From a virus (Duplodnaviria; Caudoviricetes), in the IMG/VR virus record IMGVR_UViG_3300035145_003654, positions 1-59,049 of that record: a stretch of DNA of 59,049 nucleotides. The stretch is one strand, 5' to 3'. Every line of letters begins with the position of its first letter. Positions within the stretch are counted from its first letter, which is position 1. The notes beneath the pieces were generated by a model. It worked only from the letters and a program-made list of their open reading frames with translations. It did no database searches and was not told the origin of the DNA. Both the position numbers and the translations under genes were made by a program. Below are positions 28,626-39,008 of the stretch, in pieces.

Positions 28626-29535
28626 GGAGATACAAAATAGGGAATTGCCTGAGGTAAATTATGCTTACCAAAAGACAATTTCTTATTCACAAATGTCTAT
28701 GTATAGAAGTTGTCCACATAAGTGGTCACTTCAATACAAAGATGGACATTACGATGATTCCCCTTCAATTCACTTTACTTTTGGTACTGCAATGCACGAG
28801 GTGATCCAAGATTGGCTTACTGTATTGTATGAACAATCTGGGGTAAAAGCAGATGCCATGAATTTAGAAGAATTATTCCAAGAAAAGTTTATAGGCCTCT
28901 ACAAAGAAAGTTACACTAAAAACAAAGAAACCCATTACTCATCCCCAGAGGAGCTTAGAGAATTTTTTGAAGATGGTGTAGCTATACTTGAATTTCTTAA
29001 GAAAAAACGTAAACAATACTTTGGTAATCGTGGTTGGCATTTAGCAGGAATTGAATTACCAATTGTGATGAACGTTGGTAGAAATTTAGTATACAAAGGC
29101 TTTATTGATCTTGTATTATACCATGAACCTACAAATAAATTTTATGTATACGATATAAAAACGTCTACTAGAGGGTGGAGTGCTAAAGCTAAGAAAGATG
29201 AAAACAAGCAAATGCAGCTTGTACTTTATAAAAAGTTTTTTAATGAACAATATGGTATTCCACTTGAAAATATAGAAGTAGAATTTTTTATTGTACGTAG
29301 AAAAGTATGGGAAAATAGTGATTATCCAATTTATAGAGTACAACAACATAGGCCGGCTGCAGGTAGAAATAAACTTAAAAAAGCAGACCGCATATTAGAA
29401 GAGTTTATTACTGAATGTTTTACTCCTAAAGGTGAATACCAAGATAAAGAACATCCTAAAGTAGTATCAAGGCTATGTGAGTGGTGTCCTTTTAATGGGG
29501 ATGAAAAACTTTGTAATAAAAATACACCTTCTTAA
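28600..29535 (+). CDS. PD-(D/E)XK exonuclease (Cas4/RecB-like)
   Basis: SYSQ..CP, FGTAMH, GFID, YDIKT, QLVLY, CEWCPF..C. Confidence 0.88.
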   Translation: MPKKPQILKEIQNRELPEVNYAYQKTISYSQMSMYRSCPHKWSLQYKDGHYDDSPSIHFTFGTAMHEVIQDWLTVLYEQSGVKADAMNLEELFQEKFIGLYKESYTKNKETHYSSPEELREFFEDGVAILEFLKKKRKQYFGNRGWHLAGIELPIVMNVGRNLVYKGFIDLVLYHEPTNKFYVYDIKTSTRGWSAKAKKDENKQMQLVLYKKFFNEQYGIPLENIEVEFFIVRRKVWENSDYPIYRVQQHRPAAGRNKLKKADRILEEFITECFTPKGEYQDKEHPKVVSRLCEWCPFNGDEKLCNKNTPS

Positions 29536-29566
29536 TTTTGCGAATATTTATATCAAAATATACGCT

Positions 29567-29749
29567 ATGAAAAAAGATATGACATTAACAAGTGTAAAGG
29601 TTCAAAGTGAGTTATTTGATGAATTTAAAGTAGCTTGTGTTAGACATAAGTTTTCGTTCCAAAAACTTGCTGATAGATGTGTTCATTTATACCTTACCGA
29701 TGAGGATTTTAAAAGACAAATCCACAATCACACTAATTTAGATTTATAA
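29567..29749 (+). CDS. Small ribbon-helix-helix-like protein
   Basis: LTSVKV strand followed by two helices; ATATTTAT upstream. Confidence 0.5.
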   Translation: MKKDMTLTSVKVQSELFDEFKVACVRHKFSFQKLADRCVHLYLTDEDFKRQIHNHTNLDL

Positions 29750-29763
29750 AAATACAACTTTTA

Positions 29764-31224
29764 ATGCAAGTAGTTACGAAAATGGATGGGTACATACCTC
29801 AATCCGAAAGAAAAAAAATTCTTTTGTTATGCGATGATATAAGAACCCACTCGGGAATCGGAACAGTAGCAAAAGAAATAGTCTTACATACCTGTCATCA
29901 CTACAATTGGGTTCAAGTAGCAGCAGCAATCAAACACCCTGAAGCCGGTAAACCTGTAGACCTTAGCCAAGAAACTAATAATATAGCAGGCTTAAGTGAT
30001 TCCTCAGTTATATTACATCCTAACAGTGGGTATGGTAATCCTGATTTAATTAGGCATTTAATTAAACAGGAAAAACCTGACGCTATTTTTATATTTACTG
30101 ATCCTAGATATTGGACCTGGTTGTTCCAAATTGAAAACGAAATTAGGAAACATATTCCTATTATTTATTTAAACATTTGGGATGATTACCCAGCCCCAAT
30201 GTATAATAAAACGTATTATGAATCTTGTGATTTACTAATGGGTATTTCAAAACAAACTGTTAACATTAATAAACTAGTATTAGGGGATAAAGCTAAGGAT
30301 AAAATTATTTCGTATGTTCCCCATGGGTTAAATCATAAGTTATTTTTCCCTATAGATAAAGATCATGATCAATGGGAAACTTTACAAAATTTCAAATCCC
30401 AACTTTGTGGAGGAAAAGAGTATGATTTTATAGCTTTATATAACTCTAGAAATATTAGACGCAAACAAGTCCCGGATACTATTTGGGCTTTTAAACAATT
30501 TGTTGATAAACTTCCCCTAGAAAAAGCTAAAAAATGTGCTTTAGTACTTCATACAGCCAAAGTAGACAACAATGGAACTAACCTCCCAGCAGTTATAGAG
30601 GCATTATGTGGAAACGAACCCGAAAGATATAATTTTATATTTTCTGAACAAAAACTATCTCCTGAACAGATGAATTACTTATATAATTCTACGGATGTTC
30701 AAATTCAACTTACTTCAAATGAAGGGTGGGGATTAAGTTTAACTGAGGCTTTATTAGTAGGTAATCCTATTATAGCTAACGTAACTGGAGGTATGCAAGA
30801 CCAAATGAGGTTTGTAGACCATAAAGGAGAATGGTTTACCCCAGACAGTGAAGTACCTTCAAACCATAGGGGTACTTATAGACAACATGGTAAATGGGCT
30901 TTACCAGTTTATCCTTCTAATATTTCTATTGTAGGATCTGTACCTACTCCTTATATTTTTGATGATAGATGTGATGCTAGTGATGCTGCTGATAGGTTAT
31001 TAGAAGCTTATGAAATGGGCCCACAAGAAAGAAAAATCAGAGGAGATTTAGGTAGAGAGTGGGCCACTAGTAAAGAAGCAGGGTTCACTTCAGAACAAAT
31101 GGGATATAGAGTTATGAGTAATATAAATGAATTACTTGATACTTGGAAACCCAGAAAAAAATATAACTTAATTAAAGTTGACAAAATCGAACGTCAATTT
31201 ATTCCCCATAATTTAGACTATTAA
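29764..31224 (+). CDS. GT-B (family 4-like) glycosyltransferase
   Basis: HSGIG, VPHG, RNIRRK, EGWGLSLTEA. Confidence 0.88.
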   Translation: MQVVTKMDGYIPQSERKKILLLCDDIRTHSGIGTVAKEIVLHTCHHYNWVQVAAAIKHPEAGKPVDLSQETNNIAGLSDSSVILHPNSGYGNPDLIRHLIKQEKPDAIFIFTDPRYWTWLFQIENEIRKHIPIIYLNIWDDYPAPMYNKTYYESCDLLMGISKQTVNINKLVLGDKAKDKIISYVPHGLNHKLFFPIDKDHDQWETLQNFKSQLCGGKEYDFIALYNSRNIRRKQVPDTIWAFKQFVDKLPLEKAKKCALVLHTAKVDNNGTNLPAVIEALCGNEPERYNFIFSEQKLSPEQMNYLYNSTDVQIQLTSNEGWGLSLTEALLVGNPIIANVTGGMQDQMRFVDHKGEWFTPDSEVPSNHRGTYRQHGKWALPVYPSNISIVGSVPTPYIFDDRCDASDAADRLLEAYEMGPQERKIRGDLGREWATSKEAGFTSEQMGYRVMSNINELLDTWKPRKKYNLIKVDKIERQFIPHNLDY

Positions 31225-32507
31225 TGAAACCATTATTTATAATAAGTTGCCCTGTTGATACCTACTCAGGTTATGGGGCCAGATCTAGAGATATAGTTAA
31301 ATCTATTATTGAACTTGATAAGTATGATGTTAAAATCCTTCCCCAAAGGTGGGGTAATACCCCTTGGGGTTTTATAGAAGATCATTCTGAGTGGGAGTTT
31401 TTAACTCCTCATTTATTACCTCCTGGTAATCACCTTCCTTCTAAACCTCAAATTTGGGCGCAAATAACAGTCCCCAATGAATTTCAGCCCGTAGGAGAAT
31501 ATAATATAGGAATTACAGCAGGAATTGAAACTACAGTATGTGCTCCCCAATGGATTGAAGGGCTTAATAGAATGGATTTAAATTTAGTTTCTTCTACTCA
31601 CTCTCAAACAGTATTTAAAGACAGTAAGTTCACTAAAGAAGGACCAGATGGAACTAAATTAGGGGAAGTATTCCTAAAAAAGCCTGTAGAAGTATTAATT
31701 GAAGGAGCTGATTTAACTACATATTTTCCTTCTAAAGAAAAAAGTTCTATAGATTTAGAAGAAATAAAAGAATCATTTGCTTACCTATTTGTAGGACATT
31801 GGATGCAAGGTGATTTAGGAGAAGATAGAAAAAATGTAGGTTTACTTATTAAACTATTTTTAGAAACATTTAAGAATAAAAAGAAAACCCCTGCTCTTAT
31901 TTTAAAATGTAGTGGGGCGGGTGCTTCTTACATGGATAGAGATATCATTTTAGATAAAATAAACCAGATTCGCTCCACAGTAGAAGCTAATAATTTACCT
32001 AATATTTACTTACTTCATGGTGAATTTACAGATAAAGAAATGAATGAACTTTACAATCACAGAAAAGTAAAGGCAATGGTTTCTTTAACTAAAGGTGAAG
32101 GTTTTGGTCGTCCTCTCCTTGAATTTAGTTTAACTAAAAAACCAATTATTGCTACAAATTGGAGTGGGCATATAGACTTTTTAGATGCTAAATTTACTCC
32201 TTTAGTAAATGGGGAGTTAAAAAATGTCCATTCTAGTGCTGTTGTAAAAGATATGATCTTAAAAGAAAGCAAATGGTTCTCTCCAAACTCCTCAGATTTT
32301 GGTAATTACCTTTATGATATGTTTACAAATTATAAAAATTACCAAAAGGGAGCAACTCTTCAATACCATAAAAGTAAAAACTCTTTTAGTATGGATAACA
32401 TGAAGCAACAATTAGAAGAATACTTCTCTATATATACCCCCTTATTCCCAGAACATGTAGAGTTAAATTTACCTAAGTTAAACTTACCAAAATTAGAAAA
32501 TGTCTGA
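31224..32507 (+). CDS. GT-B (family 4-like) glycosyltransferase
   Basis: SGYG, DRKN, GEGFGRPLLE, TNWSGHIDF. Confidence 0.88.
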   Translation: MKPLFIISCPVDTYSGYGARSRDIVKSIIELDKYDVKILPQRWGNTPWGFIEDHSEWEFLTPHLLPPGNHLPSKPQIWAQITVPNEFQPVGEYNIGITAGIETTVCAPQWIEGLNRMDLNLVSSTHSQTVFKDSKFTKEGPDGTKLGEVFLKKPVEVLIEGADLTTYFPSKEKSSIDLEEIKESFAYLFVGHWMQGDLGEDRKNVGLLIKLFLETFKNKKKTPALILKCSGAGASYMDRDIILDKINQIRSTVEANNLPNIYLLHGEFTDKEMNELYNHRKVKAMVSLTKGEGFGRPLLEFSLTKKPIIATNWSGHIDFLDAKFTPLVNGELKNVHSSAVVKDMILKESKWFSPNSSDFGNYLYDMFTNYKNYQKGATLQYHKSKNSFSMDNMKQQLEEYFSIYTPLFPEHVELNLPKLNLPKLENV

Positions 32508-32967
32508 AGATAAATTAATTACCTGCCCCCGTTGTGGGAGTGACGCCTGTTATGAAACCCAAGAACAGTACAATTTAGTTAATAGAATGTGTTATGGTTG
32601 TGGTTTTATGACACATAACTACATGAAAGAAGATAGTGAATTTCTTCAAGAACAACTTGAAGTCCTCCCTGAGCTTTATAAAGAATTAACATTCGTAGAT
32701 GATAATAATTACTACTGGATCCCTAGTACAGTCAACCTCCCAGATAAAGGAATGGTTTATGTAAATGGGACTGGAAAGGATAATTGGGGGTGGACAGCTG
32801 TTCCTGTAGTCGAAATACCTGAAGATGAAAAAGAAAGATTCCCTATAAAAGACAAACCAGGGGAATACCATACTCATAAAATGGATAATTCCTCATCTAA
32901 GAATTTTAGTGAGCGTGATTATATGGAAGCTCTTGATTATATTGGGGTCTTTGAATCAATGAAATAA
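32500..32967 (+). CDS. Zn-ribbon protein
   Basis: CPRC...CYGCG. Confidence 0.6.
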   Translation: MSEDKLITCPRCGSDACYETQEQYNLVNRMCYGCGFMTHNYMKEDSEFLQEQLEVLPELYKELTFVDDNNYYWIPSTVNLPDKGMVYVNGTGKDNWGWTAVPVVEIPEDEKERFPIKDKPGEYHTHKMDNSSSKNFSERDYMEALDYIGVFESMK

Positions 32968-33593
32968 TGATAATAAGCTACGCTATACCTGTATGTAATG
33001 AATGGAAGGAGATAAAATACCTTATGGATTATCTCTTTAAACATAAACGTGAACAGGATGAAATTGTAGTACAATGTGATAAGGGTAATACTACTCCTGA
33101 GGTATATGAAGTATTAAAAGAGTATGCTGAATTTAATATGCCTTATAAACACATTGAATTCCCATTAAATGGGGATTTTGCTTCCTTTAAAAATAATCTT
33201 AAAGATAATTGCTCAGGAGATTATATTTTTCAAATAGACGCTGATGAATACCCAGATGATTATTTAATGGATACTATTGAATCTATGATTAAAATGAATG
33301 ATAAGGTAGATGTATTTTGGGTTCCTCGTATTAATAAAGTTAATGGTTTAACTAAAAAACACGTTGAAAAATGGGGATGGAATGTAGATAGTAAAGGTAG
33401 AGTAAATTTCCCTGATTACCAGTGTCGTATTTTCAAAAATATTAAACGAATTAAGTGGAAAAATAAAGTACACGAACATTTAACAGGACATAAGACCCAA
33501 ACCCAATTCCCAGCTAATGATGAATTTTGCTTAATCCATGTTAAGGATATTGAACGCCAAGAAAAACAAAATAAATTTTACGAAACGTTATGA
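32967..33593 (+). CDS. Glycosyltransferase family 2
   Basis: SYAIPVCNE, DFASFKN, QIDADE, KVHE. Confidence 0.85.
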   Translation: MIISYAIPVCNEWKEIKYLMDYLFKHKREQDEIVVQCDKGNTTPEVYEVLKEYAEFNMPYKHIEFPLNGDFASFKNNLKDNCSGDYIFQIDADEYPDDYLMDTIESMIKMNDKVDVFWVPRINKVNGLTKKHVEKWGWNVDSKGRVNFPDYQCRIFKNIKRIKWKNKVHEHLTGHKTQTQFPANDEFCLIHVKDIERQEKQNKFYETL

Positions 33594-34732
33594 AAAAAGT
33601 ATGGTATGCCCCCTATAAGTTTGAATCTTATGGTGAGGAAGAAATTAAAGCAGTAGAAAAATCCCTTCGTTCTGGATGGTTAGGTGGGCAAGGCCCCCAA
33701 TCTGTTAAATTTGAAAAAGAAATAGCCCAACGCTTTGGTAAAAAACATGGAGTATTTGTTAACTCAGGCTCTTCAGCTTGCCTTTTAGCAATTGCTTCTT
33801 TAGACTTACCCAAAGGGAGTAAAATTATTACTCCGGCTTGTACTTTTTCAACTACACTAGCCCCAATTATTCAATTAGGATATGTTCCGGTATTTGTAGA
33901 TGTTGATCCTACTTCATATTGTGCTAAAGTAGAAGATATAATGAAAGTAGTAGATAAGGATGTTAAAGCTATTATGCTGCCTAATCTTATTGGAAATAAA
34001 CCCGATTGGGAGTCTTTAAGGTTTGAATTAAATAATCACAACAGACAAGATATATTTTTAGTAGAGGATTCAGCAGACACTATTACTAAAACAGAATGTA
34101 CTGATGTATCTACTACAAGTTTTTATGCTTCACACGTTATTACAGCTGGGGGAGTTGGAGGAATGGTAATGTTTAACGATAAAAAACACGTCACCCGTTG
34201 CCTTCAGTATAGAGACTGGGGTCGTATAGGAGACGATTCAGAAGTAATAGATGATCGTTTTAATCATAAAGTAGATGGTATACCCTATGACCATAAGTTT
34301 TTGTATGGAGTATTAGGTTACCATATGAAAGCTTGTGAAATGAATGCTGCCTTTGGTTTAGTTCAATTAAAGCGTTTTGAAAAGTTTTCTAAAATTCGTA
34401 GAGCTAATTTTGAACGTTACTTAGAAAATTTACAGGGAGTAGGAGATTTAGTTTTACCGGATGATAGTATTAAACCTAATTGGTTAGCAATTCCACTTCA
34501 AACAGAAAAAAGATTTGAATTGTTAACCTTTTTAGAAGAAAATAATATCCAAACTCGAGTAACTTTTGCTGGTAATGTTACCCGTCACCCAATTTATAGA
34601 GAATACCTCCAAGAATTTGAACATTCAGATACTATTATGAAAAACGGATTTTTGTTAGGGGCACATCATGGTATGACTATCGAGGATGTTGATTATGTTT
34701 GTGATAAAGTTAAAGAATTTTTTAGTAAATGA
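33590..34732 (+). CDS. DegT/DnrJ/EryC1/StrS PLP-dependent NDP-sugar enzyme (RfbH/ColD-like, His at the usual Lys position)
   Basis: VNSGSSA, EDSAD, SFYASHVITAGGVGG, RDWGR. Confidence 0.88.
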   Translation: MKKVWYAPYKFESYGEEEIKAVEKSLRSGWLGGQGPQSVKFEKEIAQRFGKKHGVFVNSGSSACLLAIASLDLPKGSKIITPACTFSTTLAPIIQLGYVPVFVDVDPTSYCAKVEDIMKVVDKDVKAIMLPNLIGNKPDWESLRFELNNHNRQDIFLVEDSADTITKTECTDVSTTSFYASHVITAGGVGGMVMFNDKKHVTRCLQYRDWGRIGDDSEVIDDRFNHKVDGIPYDHKFLYGVLGYHMKACEMNAAFGLVQLKRFEKFSKIRRANFERYLENLQGVGDLVLPDDSIKPNWLAIPLQTEKRFELLTFLEENNIQTRVTFAGNVTRHPIYREYLQEFEHSDTIMKNGFLLGAHHGMTIEDVDYVCDKVKEFFSK

Positions 34733-35424
34733 AATTTATCATTCTAGGAGATGGGCTTTTAGGAACTGAGTTACACAAACAGACACAGTGGGAGTACTTT
34801 TCTAGGAAAAAAGATAATTTTGACATTATTGATAAGGATTTTCTTAAATATCCGAAATTTGGAGTTAATGTAACCCTTATTAATTGTATAGCTCATACTG
34901 ATACTTATTCTAATAATAAAAACAAACATTGGGATACAAATGTAGTAGGTGTAAAAAACCTTTTAGAATACTGTGAAAAATGGGGATGTAAATTAGTTCA
35001 TATTTCTACTGATTACATCTACACTAACTCAGTCCCTAAAGCCAGTGAAGAAGATGTCCCAGTCCACTGCAATAATTGGTATGGGTATACTAAATTAGTA
35101 TCAGACGCTTTAGTTCAGTTATATAGTGATAAACACTTAGTCATAAGAGAAACACATAAACCTACCCCTTTTCCTTATAACAAAGCCTGGACAGACCAGA
35201 TAGGGAATTTTGATTATGTTGATAAAATTGCTTCATTAATTATTAAATTAGTAGAACAAGATTGTAAAGGGGTTTATAATGTAGGTACTGAAACTAAATC
35301 TATATATGATTTAGCTTTGCAAACAAAAAAAGTTACACCTGCTACTAAACCTAGTAATGTTCCTTCTAATACTACAATGAATCTAAATAAGTTACAAAAT
35401 GTTACTGAAGGAGTTAATAAATAA
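34729..35424 (+). CDS. NDP-sugar reductase (RmlD-like SDR)
   Basis: GDGLLG, NCIAHT, HISTDY, YGYTK. Confidence 0.85.
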   Translation: MKFIILGDGLLGTELHKQTQWEYFSRKKDNFDIIDKDFLKYPKFGVNVTLINCIAHTDTYSNNKNKHWDTNVVGVKNLLEYCEKWGCKLVHISTDYIYTNSVPKASEEDVPVHCNNWYGYTKLVSDALVQLYSDKHLVIRETHKPTPFPYNKAWTDQIGNFDYVDKIASLIIKLVEQDCKGVYNVGTETKSIYDLALQTKKVTPATKPSNVPSNTTMNLNKLQNVTEGVNK

Positions 35425-36190
35425 ATCAACATACGGAACTATAGGATACGTAGCATCCCAGGAAGATTTAAATACCTTAGAAAGGTATATTCTTTATAAC
35501 TTAAAGGTTCTCAAAGAGTATAAACAAATAATAGTAGCTACTAATTATGGATCCTTTCTTCAATTAGAAAATAAAAATTTATGGGAAAAGTATTTTTCTA
35601 ATGTTACATTAATTGACTCTGAAGTTAATAGAGGACACAATCACGGTTATGCTGATTTAGATAATTTAGTATTTGATTATTGTAAGAAAAATAATATAGA
35701 GTGGTTGTGTAAATCTGCTAATGATGTTATTATAGAGAGTGACATTTTAAGTAAAGAAATACCCGAAGCAGACTTTTATTATCTAAATGGTATTGGTCAT
35801 GGGGGGATGATAAAATACAACTATGATTATAATCTAATTATAGAAAAAGATTTTTATCCACAAACTAACTTTTACTTTATAAATGTCTCCAAAACAGATT
35901 ATTTAAATGATAAAAAGTATTTAGATGAAACTTATGAATATATAAATTCTCTAAACAACTACAATGGAATGATCTGGAATTATATTGAGGGGTGGACATG
36001 TGAAGATTTTTTAAAAAAAGTAATTAAAAGAAACAATCTAGCAAAACACCATTTAGTTTCTGAGCAATCCTACAGAAAATTACTAACTCATATCCATAAA
36101 AATGATATTCATGACCCTTCCCACAAAAACATTTTAATAGAAGGAATATGCCATTATGCTTTTCCTAATCACCCCGTAGTAAAAATATGA
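35399..36190 (+). CDS. Hypothetical protein, possibly a GT-A-fold glycosyltransferase
   Basis: Lies in the glyco-cluster; NRGHNHG and ANDV motifs. Confidence 0.45.
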   Translation: MLLKELINKSTYGTIGYVASQEDLNTLERYILYNLKVLKEYKQIIVATNYGSFLQLENKNLWEKYFSNVTLIDSEVNRGHNHGYADLDNLVFDYCKKNNIEWLCKSANDVIIESDILSKEIPEADFYYLNGIGHGGMIKYNYDYNLIIEKDFYPQTNFYFINVSKTDYLNDKKYLDETYEYINSLNNYNGMIWNYIEGWTCEDFLKKVIKRNNLAKHHLVSEQSYRKLLTHIHKNDIHDPSHKNILIEGICHYAFPNHPVVKI

Positions 36191-36780
36191 TTAAAGAATT
36201 AGTTATAGCAGCTTATGATAGGGATTATTCTTGGGTAAATAAATTAAATCCTAAAATAAAAATAACCCCTTATAGAAAAGGGGATAATCCTCTCCTTCCA
36301 GGAGAAGCTTATATACCTTTAAATCAAGGAAGAGACGTTCATACTTTTTTCTATCATCTATTTATTAATTATAATAATTTAGCAGATGTAACGTTTTTTT
36401 CCCAAGATTATCCTTTTGATCACGTCCAAAATTATATTGATATAATTAATGGAGATGAAAAGCTATGGACCCAATTATCCGTTCAATCAATTCCTGGGTG
36501 TTGGTTTTTTTGTACCCAATACAATGTTTTAACTTGTGATAAACAAGGAGCTCCCCACCACCCCGGATTGAATCTTGAAAAAATGTGGAATCAATTATTT
36601 GATATACCTTGCCCTAATTCTTTCCATTTTACTCCAACAGGTCATTTTGCTATAAGTAAAGAATATGCACGTAAACTTCCCAGGTCAAGATATAAACAAA
36701 TCATTAACATCTTAGAAACCCAACCAACATCTCCTTGGGAGATTGAAAGACTAGAACCTTATATATTATCCGCAGTATGA
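36187..36780 (+). CDS. DUF3431-like putative glycosyltransferase
   Basis: LVIAAY..W, N.GRDVHTFFYH..NY.NL...TFFSQD.PFDH, ERL. Confidence 0.7.
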   Translation: MIKELVIAAYDRDYSWVNKLNPKIKITPYRKGDNPLLPGEAYIPLNQGRDVHTFFYHLFINYNNLADVTFFSQDYPFDHVQNYIDIINGDEKLWTQLSVQSIPGCWFFCTQYNVLTCDKQGAPHHPGLNLEKMWNQLFDIPCPNSFHFTPTGHFAISKEYARKLPRSRYKQIINILETQPTSPWEIERLEPYILSAV

Positions 36781-37469
36781 AAATAATTTATAGAATATCA
36801 GATGCAGGTTATAATAAAATAAAACCTGATTATATCACTAATGAAAATTGCTTATCTAACGCTGTTAAAACATTTGGTAGTGAAAATTTTGTTATTATAG
36901 CGGATAATATATCTGAGGAAACTTTTCTAATGATTTGTAAATATGTCAAATCAAAACAAATTACTAAAGTTTCTGTGGGGCATGGAGCCGGGACATTTAA
37001 TTTGGCTTTAAACTTTGCTTTAGAAAAACTAGAAGATAATGAGATAGTATATTTTTTAGAAAATGATTATCTCCATAAACCTAAATCTAAGGAAATATTA
37101 GAAGAAGGGTTTAGCTTAGGTGCCTCATTTGTTTCTTTATATGATCATCCTGATAAGTATATGGATCCTATTTATGGAGGAAATCCTTATTGTGGGGGAG
37201 GAGCAGAGGATACTAGAGTATATTTAACAGATAATTGTCATTGGAAAATTACTAATAGTACTACTATGACATTTGCTGCCAAAGTTAGTACCCTAAAAAA
37301 AGTAGAACCCATATTAAGAAAACACACTTCAGAAACACACCCAAATGATTTTCAAATGTTTCTTGAGTTAAGAAAAAATAACGAATTATTAATAACTTCT
37401 ATACCAGGATATTCTACTCATGGAGAAACAGCTTGGTTAACTCCCCTAACAAATTGGTCTAAAATATGA
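36777..37469 (+). CDS. Putative GT-A glycosyltransferase
   Basis: IIADN, VYFLENDYLH, STTMTF, PGYSTH. Confidence 0.65.
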   Translation: MKIIYRISDAGYNKIKPDYITNENCLSNAVKTFGSENFVIIADNISEETFLMICKYVKSKQITKVSVGHGAGTFNLALNFALEKLEDNEIVYFLENDYLHKPKSKEILEEGFSLGASFVSLYDHPDKYMDPIYGGNPYCGGGAEDTRVYLTDNCHWKITNSTTMTFAAKVSTLKKVEPILRKHTSETHPNDFQMFLELRKNNELLITSIPGYSTHGETAWLTPLTNWSKI

Positions 37470-38242
37470 TTTCTGTAATTATTCCTACTTACAAAGAACC
37501 TGAGGTTCTAGATTTATGTTTAACTTCTGCTATTAAGGGTCAAACCCAAAAAAATCAAATTATAGTAGTAGTAGACGGCTTTTATAATTTAAATAAAGAT
37601 GTTCTTGAAAAGCATAAGGAACACATTGAAATTTTAAATTTACCTGAAAACGTAGGTTTATGTAAAGCTACTAATTTAGGAGTATATAATGCTACTTCTA
37701 ATAAAATTCTTATTGTAAATGATGATAATGTTTTTCCTGATGAATGGGATGTAGCATTAGTAGCAAACTATTCCCCAGGGTCAGTACTAACCCCTAATCA
37801 AATTGAGCCCATTCCTAGTATGTTTAAACAAATGCACATTAAAGATTTAGGTAGAGATCCTAAAACATTTGATTTAGATGCTTTTTGGGAGTATGAAGAA
37901 AGTATTATAGAAGAAAACAAAGTAGAACCCAATGGAAGCACTTTACCTATTTTTATGAATAAATGGGACTATATGAAAATAGGGGGATGGGATGAAGCAT
38001 ATCCTGGTGCCTGGGTTGTTGATTGGGATTTCTTTTTAAAATGTGAGATAGCAGGTTTACAAATGCTTCGAACATTTGAGTGTCATTTTTATCATTTTGT
38101 TTCTATAGGTACAGAATCTACCTATGAAGAAAAACAAGCCAAACAACAAAAAGAAAAATTATGTCACGAGTATTTTAGATACAAATGGGGACAATGGGCT
38201 AAGCACAACCCAGAAAACAACTCAAAGATGTTAGACTTCTAA
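37466..38242 (+). CDS. Glycosyltransferase family 2
   Basis: SVIIPTY, VVDG, NDDN, IGGWDE, DWDF. Confidence 0.85.
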   Translation: MISVIIPTYKEPEVLDLCLTSAIKGQTQKNQIIVVVDGFYNLNKDVLEKHKEHIEILNLPENVGLCKATNLGVYNATSNKILIVNDDNVFPDEWDVALVANYSPGSVLTPNQIEPIPSMFKQMHIKDLGRDPKTFDLDAFWEYEESIIEENKVEPNGSTLPIFMNKWDYMKIGGWDEAYPGAWVVDWDFFLKCEIAGLQMLRTFECHFYHFVSIGTESTYEEKQAKQQKEKLCHEYFRYKWGQWAKHNPENNSKMLDF

Positions 38243-38287
38243 ATATTTATTAGTGACAGCTATCTCACTAACCTAAATTTATTTATT

Positions 38288-38632
38288 ATGGCAAAGAAAA
38301 AAGAAAGAGATGTTTTGTCTATTGAAATTCAGTATGATGAAACTGAAGAGTTAGAAGCTCTAGTAGAAAGTGAAGACTTCCATAAGTTATTGTTAGACGA
38401 AGCGATAGCTACAATAAAACATGCTTTAACTAAAAAGCGTAAATCAGCTCGAGTATGTTATGTCCCTAATTTAGAATGTTCAGTAGTATTAGAACAACGT
38501 AATTTTACTAAAGTGTTAGAAACTGCTATTAAGTTTTATGAGCAACAAGAAGATTATACCCAGTGTGCTGAATTAGTTAAGTTAAAAGAAGAGGTTAATG
38601 GATCAGAAAAAAGAAATAAAAAAAGTAATTGA
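38288..38632 (+). CDS. Hypothetical protein with UVR-like C-terminal helix pair
   Basis: AIKFYEQQEDYTQCAELVKL; similar to the C-terminus of 40476..40787. Confidence 0.55.
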   Translation: MAKKKERDVLSIEIQYDETEELEALVESEDFHKLLLDEAIATIKHALTKKRKSARVCYVPNLECSVVLEQRNFTKVLETAIKFYEQQEDYTQCAELVKLKEEVNGSEKRNKKSN

Positions 38633-39005
38633 GCAGATCTTAGGATCTAATATTACTATGCGTTTTGATGGCACTAATGAAGAAGATAAACTAAAGGAAG
38701 AATTCATTAGGGTCATGACTTTGTTTGAGGAAGTATGGCAGCGTCAAAATGATATAGATATAAAGTATGGTGCTGATTTTTCTACATATGATGATCCTTT
38801 CTTCAGAGTAATCGAAGGATTTATTAATTTTTGTTTTGATGAAGTTGCGGGTGAAGCAATTATATTTTACGTGTACGCCAGAAAAACAGATGGGGATAAC
38901 ATAAACCCATTTATAGACCCAAATGGTAAAGAATATATTTTTAAAGATTTAGATGATCTATGGGAATTTCTAATGTATTGGGCTGAAGAAATGATGAAAC
39001 TTTAA
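38598..39005 (+). CDS. Hypothetical protein
   Basis: ORF in a co-oriented operon. Confidence 0.6.
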   Translation: MDQKKEIKKVIEQILGSNITMRFDGTNEEDKLKEEFIRVMTLFEEVWQRQNDIDIKYGADFSTYDDPFFRVIEGFINFCFDEVAGEAIIFYVYARKTDGDNINPFIDPNGKEYIFKDLDDLWEFLMYWAEEMMKL

Positions 39006-39008
39006 AGT

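Noticed and set aside
28600-29535. CRISPR-Cas system (Cas4-like nuclease)
   Set aside because: No repeat-spacer array or other cas genes are seen; stand-alone Cas4-like exonucleases are common in phages.
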